Translations under genes and position numbers: made by a program
Notes under the pieces: generated by a model
The model's input: the letters and a program-made list of their open reading frames with translations, nothing else
The model's database searches: none
What the model was told of the DNA's origin: nothing
NCBI GenBank assembly: GCA_011109175.1
Contig: RDEW01000017.1
Location: forward strand, 906,671 to 970,670
Origin: Dicyema japonicum
Taxonomy: Eukaryota > Animalia > Dicyemida
Reading direction: 5' to 3'
Length of the DNA stretch: 64,000 bases
Part shown: one piece after another, positions 12,147 to 25,380 of the stretch
How positions within the stretch are numbered: position 1 is the first letter of the stretch
Layout of the letters: every line of letters starts with the position of its first letter

Positions 12147-13940
12147 TTAAACGCTGATCTTGCACACGAAAATACTGGGGAGGAGTGACTCCAAGAAGGA
12201 CAGCTGGGATATGACCCACAAGTACATTTTTGGGGGCACAGTTCAGTCTCGTGTAAAACTCCAGGGTGTAAAATATAAAGAAAATTGAAAACCCCACGTT
12301 CAGCATCAAAATAAAGAGCACATTGGCGAACTGGATGAACACACTCATCTTCGGGACGAAATTCATAAGCGCTGCAATTTAAGACACCACAAACTCCCAA
12401 ATCCTAAAAACATGATCAACTGAAGGGGGTAGTAGAATCCCAGCGCCACACAAACGATGTATTCGTGCATAACGGCGGAGATCACGAAAACACAAATCTT
12501 TCCAAACACCTTGAATTTAATCCCCATCATCTAGGAGTCAATCCTTCGTCAACCAAACAGATGTCTCTGTACACGTGACTATACAAAAAGTCATGCACGA
12601 CCAGGTTCCAAGTTCTAAAGAACTCCGCAAAATGTATGGACCTCCACCATTCCTATTTTAACTACAACACCTCCACCTTGTAGAAGTAACGATCTCCGAA
12701 AAGCAGAAGCTCTCCAAAAAGATTCAGCCAACAATGCTGGAAACCATAGAACACTAAATTCAAAAAAACCAGCAAACCCACAAAAACAGTCAGAATCGAA
12801 GGGAGGGCCACTCGTATGAATAGAATGCACAGGTTATTGAGACTCTTCTCCTCGTCCCTGTACTGTTGCATGTAGACAACCAAATATTGGGAAAATAGAG
12901 TCTGGAAAACGTACAAGCAGCACAGAAATTGAACCAGAAAGTAAAGGACCCTCCGCCAGTTCACTCTAAGGTTGGGGGAACTGTTAAGTCAGACATTTCT
13001 ACAACCGGGGATACGTCCGCTGGTACAACAAGCAGGGGGCAAAGAAGAAATAAAGATAACTTGAAAAGGACGGAAAATCTCCACCATCTTTTGAACGGAG
13101 GTTTTCGCACTTATCGATTTTTAAAGTATACACGACCACGTGGCGAACAAAGGAATGCATCTTCATCATCATTCTGACTTGCTCGGATAAAATCATGGCT
13201 CGTGAGCACAGTGACGGTTTTATTGAGAAGATCAGGAAGGCGGGGACCAGCCAGAATAGCGAGTAGAAAATGGAATAAACTCCGAGGAACAGGTAATCCA
13301 GCCTAACAACTGGAATGGGACATTTAAATCACCTTTGTTGGTATTGGGACGGACTATAGTCCACACACGTGTCAGAATATATGTGAAGATGAGGCTGAGA
13401 GTGCCCAAGATTACTTCAAGTTTGAGGATAAAGGCCTTGTGGGAGAAATTCTCGACGATCGGTTTGAAAGGGCTTTTGGTGGTTAAAAATAAACTTAAAA
13501 TTGCCGGAATAGACCAGATTATTCAGAATCAGGAGGACAGTGATCCCGATGAGGATGTTGAAGACCGTCTCAAATTGGCGGAGTCTTAAGAGTCGTCTAA
13601 ATCGTTCGAGTTAGAGTCAAACGTTATTATGGATTCCCTGCTTAAGAAAACTTTGATGGGAATTTTGGAGTCTTTTCTGAAATCAATCAAAAACCAACGA
13701 ATATGTCTTTGAACTTTTCCGTAATCTTCGCTCCGTTACCTCCTCGAAAAAGTCATCCAGACGTTTGGTGAGGAAGGAATCGAATTCATGAAGCACATTT
13801 TGTCGAAAAATCTTGACTTAATTTACCACAAACGTTTGCTTTCTCCCGAAAATCTGACAACGATTCTTCGAAGTCGTTTTCTGGGACCAAAATCTGGTTG
13901 TTTTTCAAATCTAACTTAAATTCATAATTCGACCATTCAT
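12147..13940 (-). CDS. SOAT1: Sterol O-acyltransferase (ACAT, MBOAT family), multi-exon
   Basis: [88 protein letters not shown]. Spliced C-terminus [18 protein letters not shown] after a 22-nt intron at 12204-12225. Start is approximate. Confidence 0.92.
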
Positions 13941-14244
13941 GAATATTTAATATAATATTTGACCCAATAATTTTATTTTATATTAATTTAATTTTTTAAT
14001 AAATTCAAAAATAATAAAATTATTATTAATACGTAAAATTTTGCTGTTGGTGTCTAATCTCAACCTTGCTATCGGCAAAAATATAATGAAAAATCAAAGT
14101 ACTGATCACGAAACTACCCACCATTTGTCTACATGGACACACATGGAAGAAATAAAAAGCACATTCACTACTTTTTCGATCAAATTATATTATTAATTAT
14201 ATCAGCATATTTAGAGTAACTTTCCGTTTTATATTTAAATAAAT

Positions 14245-15420
14245 TTGAATAACATGTCGCGAGCTGGTAGCAAGAGCATAATTCAACAAGAAGAAATAAT
14301 GAGTCGTGCTGCTATTCAAGCCGAACGACTCTCCCTGTTGAGGCTTCTGATGAGTACACAGAGTCTGGAGGAATCCATAAAGTGGTGTGCAGCACGGCGA
14401 TTGATAAGGAACATAATTTTCTGCAGACTGTGCAAGGTTATTTTTTCTGTGTTGAATCTAGTGGTCGATAAACATGTATGGAAATGCAAAAAGTGTAAGA
14501 AAAGGACGAGCATTAGAAGTCACCCATGGTTTGAATTGATCCGATTTGAGGCCCAAGTTGTAGACCCCAAAATGATATCGACTTTGTTTCCGAAGACATC
14601 AAAAACATCCAAACAACTCTGAGTTGTACGCCAGAGATATTCCATGAATGGTCACTACAAATAAACACGGATGAGACAGCCCTTGGGGTCTGTTCGGATA
14701 TATCCTCTGGATGAACATCATGGTACCTGTCAACGACAATATGGAAGTACATTTCAAGTTTACTCAAGAACATCGTGGGCGACCGAAATACTTTTGCAAT
14801 CCAAGAGGACCTAAGGAATTCAAAAATGAAGCTAGAAGACCTAGATTCTCAGAGAATCGCATTCATGTACCTCTTTATATTTCCCCAGGACATTTCTAGG
14901 AATTCGACTTTTAGGTTCTAGTTACCCACCGGTTTCTTACATTTGTTGGACTGGTAATTATTTTCATCTACCAGATCGGATTATTCTTGTATCGTTTATA
15001 GAAACAGTGGGAGAAGTCCTTCGTGGAAGGGATCGATGAAGTGGGATTTCGTAGTAATTTATGGAGAAGACCGTACTAACTTGACGACGTGAAAACTGAA
15101 ACACAGTTAGACCATCAGTTTCAGTGGGAAGTGTTAATGAGATTGGTTAAGAAAAGGACCGGTGAACAGTCTTAAGATCTATGGCAGTGTTTCTCGACTT
15201 CTTCCCGGGGATCCAAAATTAAGAGAAAATTTTCCGGGTCGTTCAATATTTACAGAAAGACGATAACTACTTTGATTTCAGGTATGTGGCTTAGCGTAAC
15301 TGCGACAGATGGAATGGGTCACCTGAAGCAGAATTTTTGAATCACTCATGAGTTTGGGAAACTCAAGATTGATGGCATCCATCTTTACGATAACTAAGCT
15401 TTGAAAAAATGTCTTGAAAC
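14245..15420 (+). mobile_element. Degenerate Merlin/IS1595 (ISXO2)-like DNA transposon
   Basis: N-terminal Zn ribbon FCRLC...HVWKCKKCKKRTSIR typical of ISXO2-like transposases; downstream VEGIDE-like DDE remnant in broken frames. No TIRs found. Confidence 0.55.
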
Positions 15421-17355
15421 TTGAGAGGAACTTTCAATCAGACGTCAGAACTCTCTACAGTCAGTACATAACCAACCATACTACGGTTAGGCCAGTTGGG
15501 AGATGAACATATAAAATTACTAACCTTGATGCCACTCAAGTACTACAAAACTCACTGGCGTCGTGACAAAGGCAACTCCTCTTTAGGCCTTTGTCAAAAG
15601 ATCCGTCGGTCGATGAAGACGATGCTATGAAAGGTAAAAGAGTCTTCCAAAAAGATTACCAAAAATTTAAATGAAATCAACATCTTAGTGGAAGCTGCAG
15701 AAAAAACCTAGAATTTGATCGAAAAAGTAGGGAATGAGCGTCCATAATGAAAATAGAAATCAACTTGGTGAGCCGTCATGGCTTCTGAGTGTAGTTAAAC
15801 GTCCAGGCAATTGCGAGAGGACCAATACTTTCTGCTTATCTCTTCATTTTTTACCCCAAGATCACTGGATTAGAAAAAGTAAAAAGTTAACTTAATTTGT
15901 CTCGAAACTATGGCACGGGACTTGAATCGGGCGAGCATGCTTTTTATTTCTCTTCCTTAGCTTTCCCCTCCTTTTCCGAGGTTGATAAAAACTCTCTGTA
16001 AATAATGACTTATAAAAAATAAATTTGCTTATATTTCGAAATGATGAGACGGACCTTTGTATCCGTCGATGGTGAGGAAGGATCATGTCCATGTTGTAAG
16101 CAAAAAATGAATGCTGTGAAACATTTAACCATTTGATACGGCAGTCCACGTGTGGAGGCATAATAAGGTTGTGAGGTCAACAGTAAATGGTATTGTGCTT
16201 TATGACAAGTCATCGGGAACATAACTATCCTATAAGTGGGCACTACTAGAATGTTAGCAAACAATGCTGGGGGAGAAAAAACACAAGTATTCTGTACTAA
16301 AAAACGAATTGTGGATAATGCATTCTTTATGTGATGGGAGTGTATTTTGACTCACTTCCACAAGGGGAGCTTGAGGTTGTTGGAAGTGGATAGAAATATC
16401 CATGCATGTATACAAGCAAAGGTGACTCACTTCGTGCGAACTTTCTTGTGCGACCTTAGTGGAGGATGATAATGGTGGACAGTTGGAAGGAATCATCGCT
16501 ATGGGGTGGAAACGAATGCAATTATTGAAGACAAATCATGGTATGGGGGGATTTTCATATATGGACGATACAATGAGTTTCGCGACATACTATATGTTTG
16601 ACAAGATTCTGACGAAAACTGCCGGGAGAGTGAAACTCAATTCCCATATAAGATACTACGGGGATGATTCCCGGAATATTTTTAAAAGTTCAATTCCACA
16701 TTGAATTTGCATTTACAAAGGCCATTAAGCCCAGTGGTCAGAAGATTTATCAGAAGGCTGACTGGTGGAGTAGCTCAGATGCACTAATGTCTTCATCTAT
16801 CAAAATGGATATAACATCGGGTCCCCCTCTCGATGAAGTCAAAAGCCCGAAGTTTTTCAATGAGGGAGCATTTCTGGTTTCGAATCCTGTCTAGTCCTTT
16901 TGGATTGAGTCATCAGTCTGACTTAGAAGTGGATGGACAAGGGAATTGTTAGCTATTAATTCTCGAATGTTAAAAATTATCGCACTTATCAGCCACAAGA
17001 TCCCCGTTGAAGGAGTCTGATCCACGGTAACGTAGAATTAAACAGCATACTTCAATGCTTCAGGCGAAAAGTAATTTATTTTACAACTTGACATTGTAAA
17101 AAAGTCATGATTTCTTTAAGACAGAATATAAAAAAGTCGAAAAATCAAGTTAATCTTTTACGGCTTCTCCAGTGACCACAATCCAATATAAGGTTAGCGT
17201 GGTGTCATGTGGCTCACCAGAAACGGTGTCACCCATTCCAAAATGGAACGAAAAGAGCCAACAGCTTCTCCCCACCGTCCGGTGGTCCTCTCATCTCCTG
17301 TGTCTTCGACCCTGTCTGGTGTCCCCATTTATCCAGACTTTTGATTCTTCTATGT

Positions 17356-17382
17356 GGGGACGTCGAAACCAATCCTGGTCCA
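17356..17382 (+). other. 2A-like ribosome-skipping (StopGo) motif GDVETNPG/P
   Basis: LLILLCGDVETNPGP matches D(V/I)ExNPGP and lies in frame directly before the APE domain. Confidence 0.85.
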
Positions 17383-18819
17383 TGGAGAGGTTTTACAATT
17401 TTTACAATTATACAACTGAATACGAATGGGATCAGGAAGAAAATCTTTGAACTCCGGGCACTCCTCTGCGAAAATGAGGCTGACCTCGCTTTAATACAGG
17501 AGTCCAAGCTATCTCCCTCCAGCCAACACCCTCTTTTCCCGGATACACAGTGATCCGTAAAGATCGTCAGGAAGGACGCGGAGGAGGACTACTCACTATT
17601 ATAAAGAACGATATTCCTTTTATGGATACAACTCAACGAACCTCAGAGCTTCTTGGCTCCGACAAGACTTTGGAGCAGATTACTGTCAAAATCGAGTTAT
17701 TCCCGTCCTTTTGGATCCATTTGGCTAATTTATATATTCCTCCACAAGGATCGTGTCCGACATCTTACACCCCTGATTTATCACGCATTTCAACATTGAA
17801 AAATCTACTGTTATGTGGGGATCTTAATGCACGACATCCAGTTTGGCTCACTTCCCAATCCTCTGATAACCGAGGAGAACTCATTGCAAATTATCTTCCT
17901 GACCTGATTATACTGAACAACCCTAACTCACATACGAGGACCCCATTAAGGATGACTGATAGCTGCAATCCCCGACTTAACACTATGCTCACCTTCCCTG
18001 GCTAAACTCATTTCATGAAACGTCTTTTACGGCTTCTCCAGTGACCACAATCCAATCCTTCTAAAATTGGGAGGTCTTCGACGATACAGGAGACGGCCGG
18101 CGGAATCAAAAGATTCAAGGATTATACGAAGGTTGACTGGTCCGGTTTTAGTAACCTTGTGGATAAATTCTTGGCCCGGAGATTATCCTCCCCAATACGC
18201 TCTATTGATGAGGCCGCAGAAATTATCAGCGCTACCATCCAGAAAGCGACCATATTTTTATTCCTGTATCGTCATACAAGAAGTTTATTCCTACCCTCAG
18301 CTCTTATACAATAAGTCTTATAAAACAAAGAGACCGGCTGAAGAGATGCCATCTGTTGGACATGAAGTCTTTGACAGCCCTCAGACAACTGAATAAAAGG
18401 ATCTGTCAGAGCATAAAAGAAGAGATGGCAGCATCTAGTTAACCACCTCGACAGGAAAAGTACATCCCGACATTTCTGGAAAACTCTTAAACAAGTCAAG
18501 TCGGAGCTGGATGATGCAGACGTAACCGTAAAGTCTTCTCCTGAACACTTATGCCACCTACATCCTAACACCCTTATGAAACATTACGCTGGAATTAGCT
18601 TCAAACCATTTTCGAAACACCTGGACATTAAGGTGCGTGCCCATAAACCGAAGAAGGAACCTTACCACGAACTATTCACAGATGACCAAGTCTTGGATGT
18701 GATCACCAGATTAAAGAGCTCACGGGCGTGTGGGCCTGACAAAGTATCTTCTATTCACCTAAAACACCTAAGCCACTACGCAATTGGCTACCTCACGCAA
18801 ATATACAACCTGTCCATTA

Positions 18820-20567
18820 GGTTGTAGGAAAAAAAGTCAAGTGGAAAAAAGGTCAAGTTGTCTTTTTTTAAAAGACACAAATTACGGACTTGACTTTTTT
18901 TCCGTTTATAAATTAAGATTTTTATTCATGATCGTTTCATTTTAAAGTAAGCGAGTTTAGAATAACAAATTATTTAAATAGTTAATTTTGGCTAATGTTA
19001 ATGCTTTAGTTTGTAATTGCATTAAAATGTCTCGCCACAACTAAAACTACACGTGGTGGAAATAAATTCTAAAAATAAAACAGATTTTTTCTACTTATAA
19101 AAATTTTTAAAATGTTATAAACATATGATTTTTATTTAACGTGAATCAATGGATTATTTAATGTGAATCAAAAGAATATTTAATATTCCATGCAATTGCT
19201 TTTAGGGCTTCTACTACTGTTTTTTTCCGTCCTGGAGATCCAGACATATATTTAAAAGCCTTTTTTGTCTATCAATCGTTTTTTTATTTGTTCTTGTTGA
19301 AATTCTTTTTCCAAAGGAATCCTGGTCAATAATAGTTTTCGTCATTTTTTCTTCTTTTTGGAATGACGATATAATATTCCATATCGATGGATGACGATAT
19401 CCCGTCAAATTCTATAATTTATTGTTCCACCCTTCACAATAGTTATTTGTTCTTTGTTTATTATTGAGTGTAGCTTCATATTCCATAATTTTGGAGGAAA
19501 CAATGGAACAATGTGCTGTATTCTAACAGTAAGGGGTTTTCTCGATTATTTAAGCAACGATAATAACCGCAAACATATGCACTATCAAAATAATCTAATA
19601 TATATTTTGAATCTGGAACATTTTCTGGCATATTATTCATTAGGAATTCTATTCCTTCTTCCATATCTTGAATGGGTAAAAACGCAAGAGCGTCCATCAT
19701 CGCGCAAAAATGTTAAAATTAATATTTTCTTTATATTGTTTTACTAGATGCAATTCTTGAATTTTTCTCCAGGTTGACTGTCTTAGATGATAATAACATC
19801 CTCTAATGTGTATTCGTCTCAAATACTGCAAGGACAGCTCGAAATACCGAATCTTCAAAGTCTGCCATAATAGTTTCAAGACAAAATTCCAAATTCAAAT
19901 TATGAATTGCATTTTGAATAGCCTCAAAAAATTCTTCGTAAATCTTTCGTGATTTAGAAGGTAATATTCCATAAATAACTGTAATTGCACTGGAATTGAA
20001 CTGAATCCTGATAAAATAGATTTGCTTGAAGATACATGGTGCCATGGAGTAATTTCCATCCATATACCATGATTTTGAATTCGCCAATAACGTTATATTA
20101 GTTTTGGTGCTGAATATCAATATTCTATCGGTTCTTCTATGATTATCATAAATTAAAAAATTTTCTGAATCTGGACCAAGAGTTAAAGATAAAGACGATG
20201 GAATATCTCCGAGATCGAAAATATTTTTTGGAATATGTAGAGGCAAGCGTTGATTCCTTAGTGTTCGCTTGAAAAAATCTGCAGAAGGGAGAATAATTCT
20301 GATTGCTGGAAAAAAGTCAAGGTCAAAAAGATTAAACCAAAGCGAAAAAAGTTAAGTCAATTTTATTATTACCTTGAAATTCTTAAATTGATATAGTCAA
20401 AGCGATTATACCAAAGCGGAAAAAAGTCAAGTATTGAAAAAATTTTTAAAAATTAAAAGATGCTAGTAGTATCACAAAAATGCGATATAAACTAAAAAAA
20501 GACGACTTAACTTTTTTTCCCCTTACGGACTTGACTTTTTTTCCGCTTGACCTTTTTTCCGCACTCC
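18820..20567 (-). mobile_element. Mutator-like (MULE) DNA transposon, internally deleted and frameshifted, nested in the LINE
   Basis: 8-bp TSD gtccatta at 18812-18819 and 20568-20575; imperfect TIRs ggttgtaggaaaaaaagtcaag / ggagtgcggaaaaaaggtcaag; transposase motifs YMDGNYS..FKQIY, IMADFE and GCYYHLRQSTWRKIQEL. Confidence 0.92.
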
Positions 20568-21247
20568 GTCCATTAACTATAATATTATTCACAAGAATTG
20601 GAAGATTTCTATCATCAGACCGATATTGAAGGCCAGGAAACCAGAGACAGAACCTGCCTCCTACAGGCCTATCTCCGTTATTAGCACACTGTCAAAAATT
20701 ATGGAGAAACTTGTATTATCAGTCATTATTTCGTATCTTCCGCGTCCTATATTTCAACATGGTTTCCTCCGCGGTAGGTCCACCGCTACATACTTGGCAA
20801 CTTTATCGCAGTTCATTGCCGACGGTTTTAACACCCATCCTCCGCCTCACAAACACACAATCTTGGTTTCTATTGACATCAACAAAGCCTTTGACACTGT
20901 TTCGAGGAAAATCCTGGTTGGAAAAATATTTTCTAATATTCGTCCGAATGTGAAATTATGGCTGGCCAACTTTTTGTCTGGAAGACATGGAAGAGTAGTC
21001 AGTGGTGATCTCAGATCTAGATCACGATTACTACCGAACGGGGTACCCCAGGGGTATCCACTTTCACCAATTCTATTCAACCTATTCCTACACGACCTAC
21101 CTAATGATGGAGACGAAGATTCCCTGCTATTATCCTACACAGACGATGTAGTCATTGCAATACGGAACCGCTCGACGCAAGTCGCATCCTTTAAGACTCA
21201 GACAAAATTGAACATTCTCCACGATTGGATTGTTGGCAATCGACTAA

Positions 21248-21481
21248 NNNNNNNNNNNNNNNNNNNNNNNNNNNNNNNNNNNNNNNNNNNNNNNNNNNNN
21301 NNNNNNNNNNNNNNNNNNNNNNNNNNNNNNNNNNNNNNNNNNNNNNNNNNNNNNNNNNNNNNNNNNNNNNNNNNNNNNNNNNNNNNNNNNNNNNNNNNNN
21401 NNNNNNNNNNNNNNNNNNNNNNNNNNNNNNNNNNNNNNNNNNNNNNNNNNNNNNNNNNNNNNNNNNNNNNNNNNNNNNNNN
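21248..21481. other. Assembly gap (234 N)
   Basis: Run of N; about 67 bp on the two sides of the gap are near-identical. Confidence 0.99.
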
Positions 21482-23892
21482 TCGCATCCCTTAAAACTCA
21501 GACAAAATTGAACATTCTCCACGATTGGATTGTTGGAAATCGACTAACGATTTCTGCAACCAAGTCTATCTGTTCCACATTCACGTCGGACCGTCGTTCC
21601 AAGGATTAACCGAGTCTTTTCATTGGTCCCACTAGGATTCCAGTGACAAGGTCCCCCACTGTCCTTGGAGTCAAGTACGACAGCCTTCTCAAATTCAACT
21701 CCCACGCAACAGACATGATCACCAGGGGTTTCCAGAAAGTTAACCTTATACGCGCCCTTGTTCGGAGGACCACGGGGAACATGGACTTTTCCGTTTCTAC
21801 ACTCTACCAACAAACAATCGCGCCTGCCATTGAGTATGCCTCCGTTGCATGGAGATTCGGGCTATCGGAGTCTTTGGTCCAAAGAATCAACTCGATATAC
21901 CGGAAAACAATCAGTATGCTTTCCCCACGTAATGGATCAACAGTCGACCCACTACTCATGGAAGCTAAGATCCGTAGTCGTGGCTCCGGATTTCTTCGCC
22001 TCTGTGAGGAAGATGGAAATCCGCTTCGCCTGATCCTTCCCATGGCAAGAGAAAACCGATTGGATAAGAAATTCCCTTCCCCTATCGGATTCCTCTGCAA
22101 GACCGAGAGAAGGCTCTTCCGGAAAGTAGTGGGGACGATGGAAGATCACAGACGTCGAATGGGACAAGTGATTGCGAGGACTGGGATCACCTAACTGTCT
22201 GACTCTTTTATCTTTGTTTCTCGGTGTTCCCGGGGTTATTAAAATAAAAAAAATAAATAAAAAATAATTAAAAACGGGAGTCCTTTACTGCTCTTTTCAT
22301 TTAGAATGGAAAATTATTATCATGAAATGTCATGGCTTCAAAATTCCACGGAATTTAACGAACAATGGAAAAAACACGACTTTTATCCGACGATGAATAC
22401 CAAGCATTTATTGAAGGTTGAATTAAGATTGCTTAAATTTAGAGTTTCTAACAAAACTCGAACTTGTATTTCATGTATTTTGCAAAAATTGGCCTGACCA
22501 GATTCGAGACCTTGTAGTTTGCAACTCTTCAACTCTCTAACACAATATTTCAGCTGATGGTTTCACTCAAATATTTTTAGTATTCAAGTATTTCCATGAC
22601 ACTAGGCAAATTTTGTCTAAAGTGGCGACATTGACACGGATGGTGATATTGAATGGGAGTTTTGAGACTGATCTAGGAGCATCTAGAATAGCATATGCTT
22701 TGACTTCATATCTATCTACTTTTTTGAACTGTTCACATGCTCAGTCTGTGTTAGCGGGACATCTCTTTTTTGTCCAAATAATCCCATAGAATTGTAAAGT
22801 TTTTCACTGTTAGGATTCTTTGCTTTTTTCCTTACCCGCCTTCTCAATTTTATCGATAGATTCAGGTACTCCACATTTTAACGGGGAATTGACGGATTTC
22901 TTGTTTTTTAGTGTTAATTTTTTAATTCTCGCATTTTAATGACTATTTCTATGAAACTATACTGCGACTTCTCGCATTTGAATGACTATTTCTATGAAAC
23001 TATACTGCCGAGTATTCTAATGTTGCGATTCTACGATATCGGTGTATTCACAAGTCATATATTCGGTTTTACTAGGGGATTTGCTGATTCAGATTTTTCT
23101 GAAATATTCCAAGACTCTGAGGACTGAGAGTTTTTCCACAAAAATATCATATTTTTATGCTAGGCTTATTTTCGATGTTGCTGTTTTTATTAATTGCTAA
23201 AAAATTAATTTGATTGCTTTAAATCTTGTTTTAGGGGAATTTGAGGATGAGAGTCTGTGTTTCGACTTTCTAAAGAATTTTCTAAAATTTCTGAGTTTCT
23301 TGTGGTTTTTATCCTTAGACGCTTTGATTTTCTCGACGGGTGTAAATGACTCTGTGGAAGAGCTCGATAAACTATTTGGAAGTAGACTTCTGCTACATAG
23401 ACGACGGTGAAAAATGATTCTCTGTCTGGGATTGGTCGGAATTTTTTGCTACAGGAGCATCTTATAAACATAATGATAGAACTTGGATGAACTTTTTTCA
23501 TGTTTGATGTCAATTTTGTCTCAAGTACCTACTGAGAGTTCTTCTTTGTGGAAGATTTGTGCCAGCCTGACTAATGATGTCATTAAATTTGTTGCCTTTA
23601 TTTTTTATTTGAGGCTAAATTCGATAAAGCAGGGCGTCATTTTATGTTAAATTCGTTGAAACATCTCTCTTGTCTGCATGGAAATGTTCCTGACGGGGAA
23701 TACTTTTTTAAAGTGGAAAAAATTTGTATGAAACTTTTAGACAGAAATGTTTGTTATTTATATTATTCGAAGGATATTAAGGCTTTGGGAGAATCATGCA
23801 ATTCCAGGAATATTACTGATTCTACAGCTGGTTATTCTTCTTGCTTCTCTACCGGAAAACTTAACTGTATTCGTGCATTGTTAGCAATATTG

Positions 23893-24016
23893 TGATTATT
23901 TCTTTTTTAAATTATTTTATTTTTTGTTATAGTGACTGATTATTTCTTTTTTAAATTATTTTATTTTTTGTTATAGTGACTGATTATTTCTTTTTTAAAT
24001 TATTTTATTTTTTGTT
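23893..24016. repeat. 44-bp AT-rich tandem repeat (about 2.8 copies)
   Basis: tgattatttcttttttaaattattttattttttgttatagtgac at 23893, 23937 and 23981. Confidence 0.9.
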
Positions 24017-25110
24017 TGTGTAAACAAATCAGATTTATTTGTCAAGTACATATAATATATTGGTGAGCAAGATGTCTCAGGCGTCCAATGGCAGGCTAAC
24101 AAGAAAATGATTGTTTTTTTACTCTATTGGAGAGGTTACCACAAGGGCACGATGTGTTCTTCCTCCTTCCCTTAGTTTCTGGATGAACTTTTTTTTGATA
24201 TTGGAAGACCTTTCTCCTTCAGCAACGGTGGGAACTGAATAAATTTAATTAGTTGTTAACCATTAACTTCTCTTTTGATGTATCCGGGATTAATAAACAA
24301 TAACCGCAAGGATTGAACCATGGTTTTTATTACAAAAATAGTTTTATTTAACTATTTCTTTGTTAAATGCAAAAATAAACTCATTTTACTAGTACTCAGG
24401 ATTCAATTTTTACTGTTTACATTTCAGAACCTTTAGAAATTATTGTATATTTTGTCATGTAGAGTCTTTCATATAAGAGAAATCATTTTACATTTACGTT
24501 ATTTTTTGTCTTTATTATTGATTTAAACTGCCTGATTATAAGATACCAATATGATTATGGAAGATTAGCAACTAGCACATATTAGGAGCGTTATACAAGC
24601 AGTGAATTAACATTCGCCTTGTGGGAACTTCTTTTGTACCTCAGTAAATTGCTCCTCCATAAAGACAGAGGCTATTTTCGGTCCTGCCACTCTTGCCTCG
24701 GACGCTTGGATGGCTGACAGTCTTGGTGTGGATGTCCGAGAAATGGATATTGTCCAGGTGGGACTAACATATAGTAGCGTGGCCTATAGTCCCTAATGAT
24801 TCCGATTTTCTTTCTAGACAGCTAGCGATGATTTTAAACACATCAATTTTTTTAATCGTCAGGTGTTATACTCAACAAATAATTTCAAGGACTTGGTTGG
24901 CGCAAATAATCTCGAAAATAATCTAAATTATTTTCCTCCTGTTTCTTTGTCAGCCGTTGTCCTTTTTAATTGAACCTTTGCAGAAAGTCCGAGCCTGCCT
25001 TCGTGTTTAACTAATGCTACCATACTTTGCGTCTTCGGGGACTTGAATAATCAAATTCAGAAAAATCTTCCCATGGTCTAATAATAAATTATTAGTTTAT
25101 ACTAAAAAAT

Positions 25111-25184
25111 AGTTAGACACTGTGAGTTCCCAGGAGGTCACCCAGCCAAGTACAAACACAGCCTATAAACGCTTAACTTGCGTG
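25111..25184 (-). ncRNA. 5S rRNA-like 3' half (box A / IE / box C) followed by a T6 run
   Basis: Minus strand cacgcaagttaagcgtttataggctgtgtttgtacttggctgggtgacctcctgggaactcacagtgtctaact aligns with 5S positions ~45-120. A T-run follows at 25104-25109. The 5' half is not recognisable. Confidence 0.7.
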
Positions 25185-25380
25185 GTAAATATAATAAAGA
25201 GCAGGGGATTCAAGAGTGAGCCTTGTGGTATTTCCCTTTTCATTACAATCGTATTTTCTGCATCTCAAAAATTATTCTCTTAATGTCAGAAGATTTATTG
25301 ACCAATCAAGTAAAAGTTTTGCGATTTCAGATACGATTAGTTGACAAAACTATGCGTCATACCAACATCAATGTCGCTGT

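Larger units (their letters stand above)
17193..22260 (+). mobile_element. Ingi/Vingi-like APE-RT non-LTR retrotransposon, copy 1 (about 3.3 kb, interrupted by a MULE)
   Basis: Leader ORF with GDVETNPGP; APE motifs QLNTNG, IQESKL, GGGLL, LCGDLNARH, SDHNPI; RT motifs SYRPIS, DINKAFDTV, GVPQGYPLSP, YTDD; no RNase H; A-rich tail. Same 5' boundary as copy 2. Confidence 0.88.

Noticed and set aside
21181-21548. About 67-bp repeat on both sides of the N gap inside the RT
   Set aside because: Removing the gap and one copy restores the sequence seen in LINE copy 2, so it is most likely an unmerged contig or haplotype overlap.
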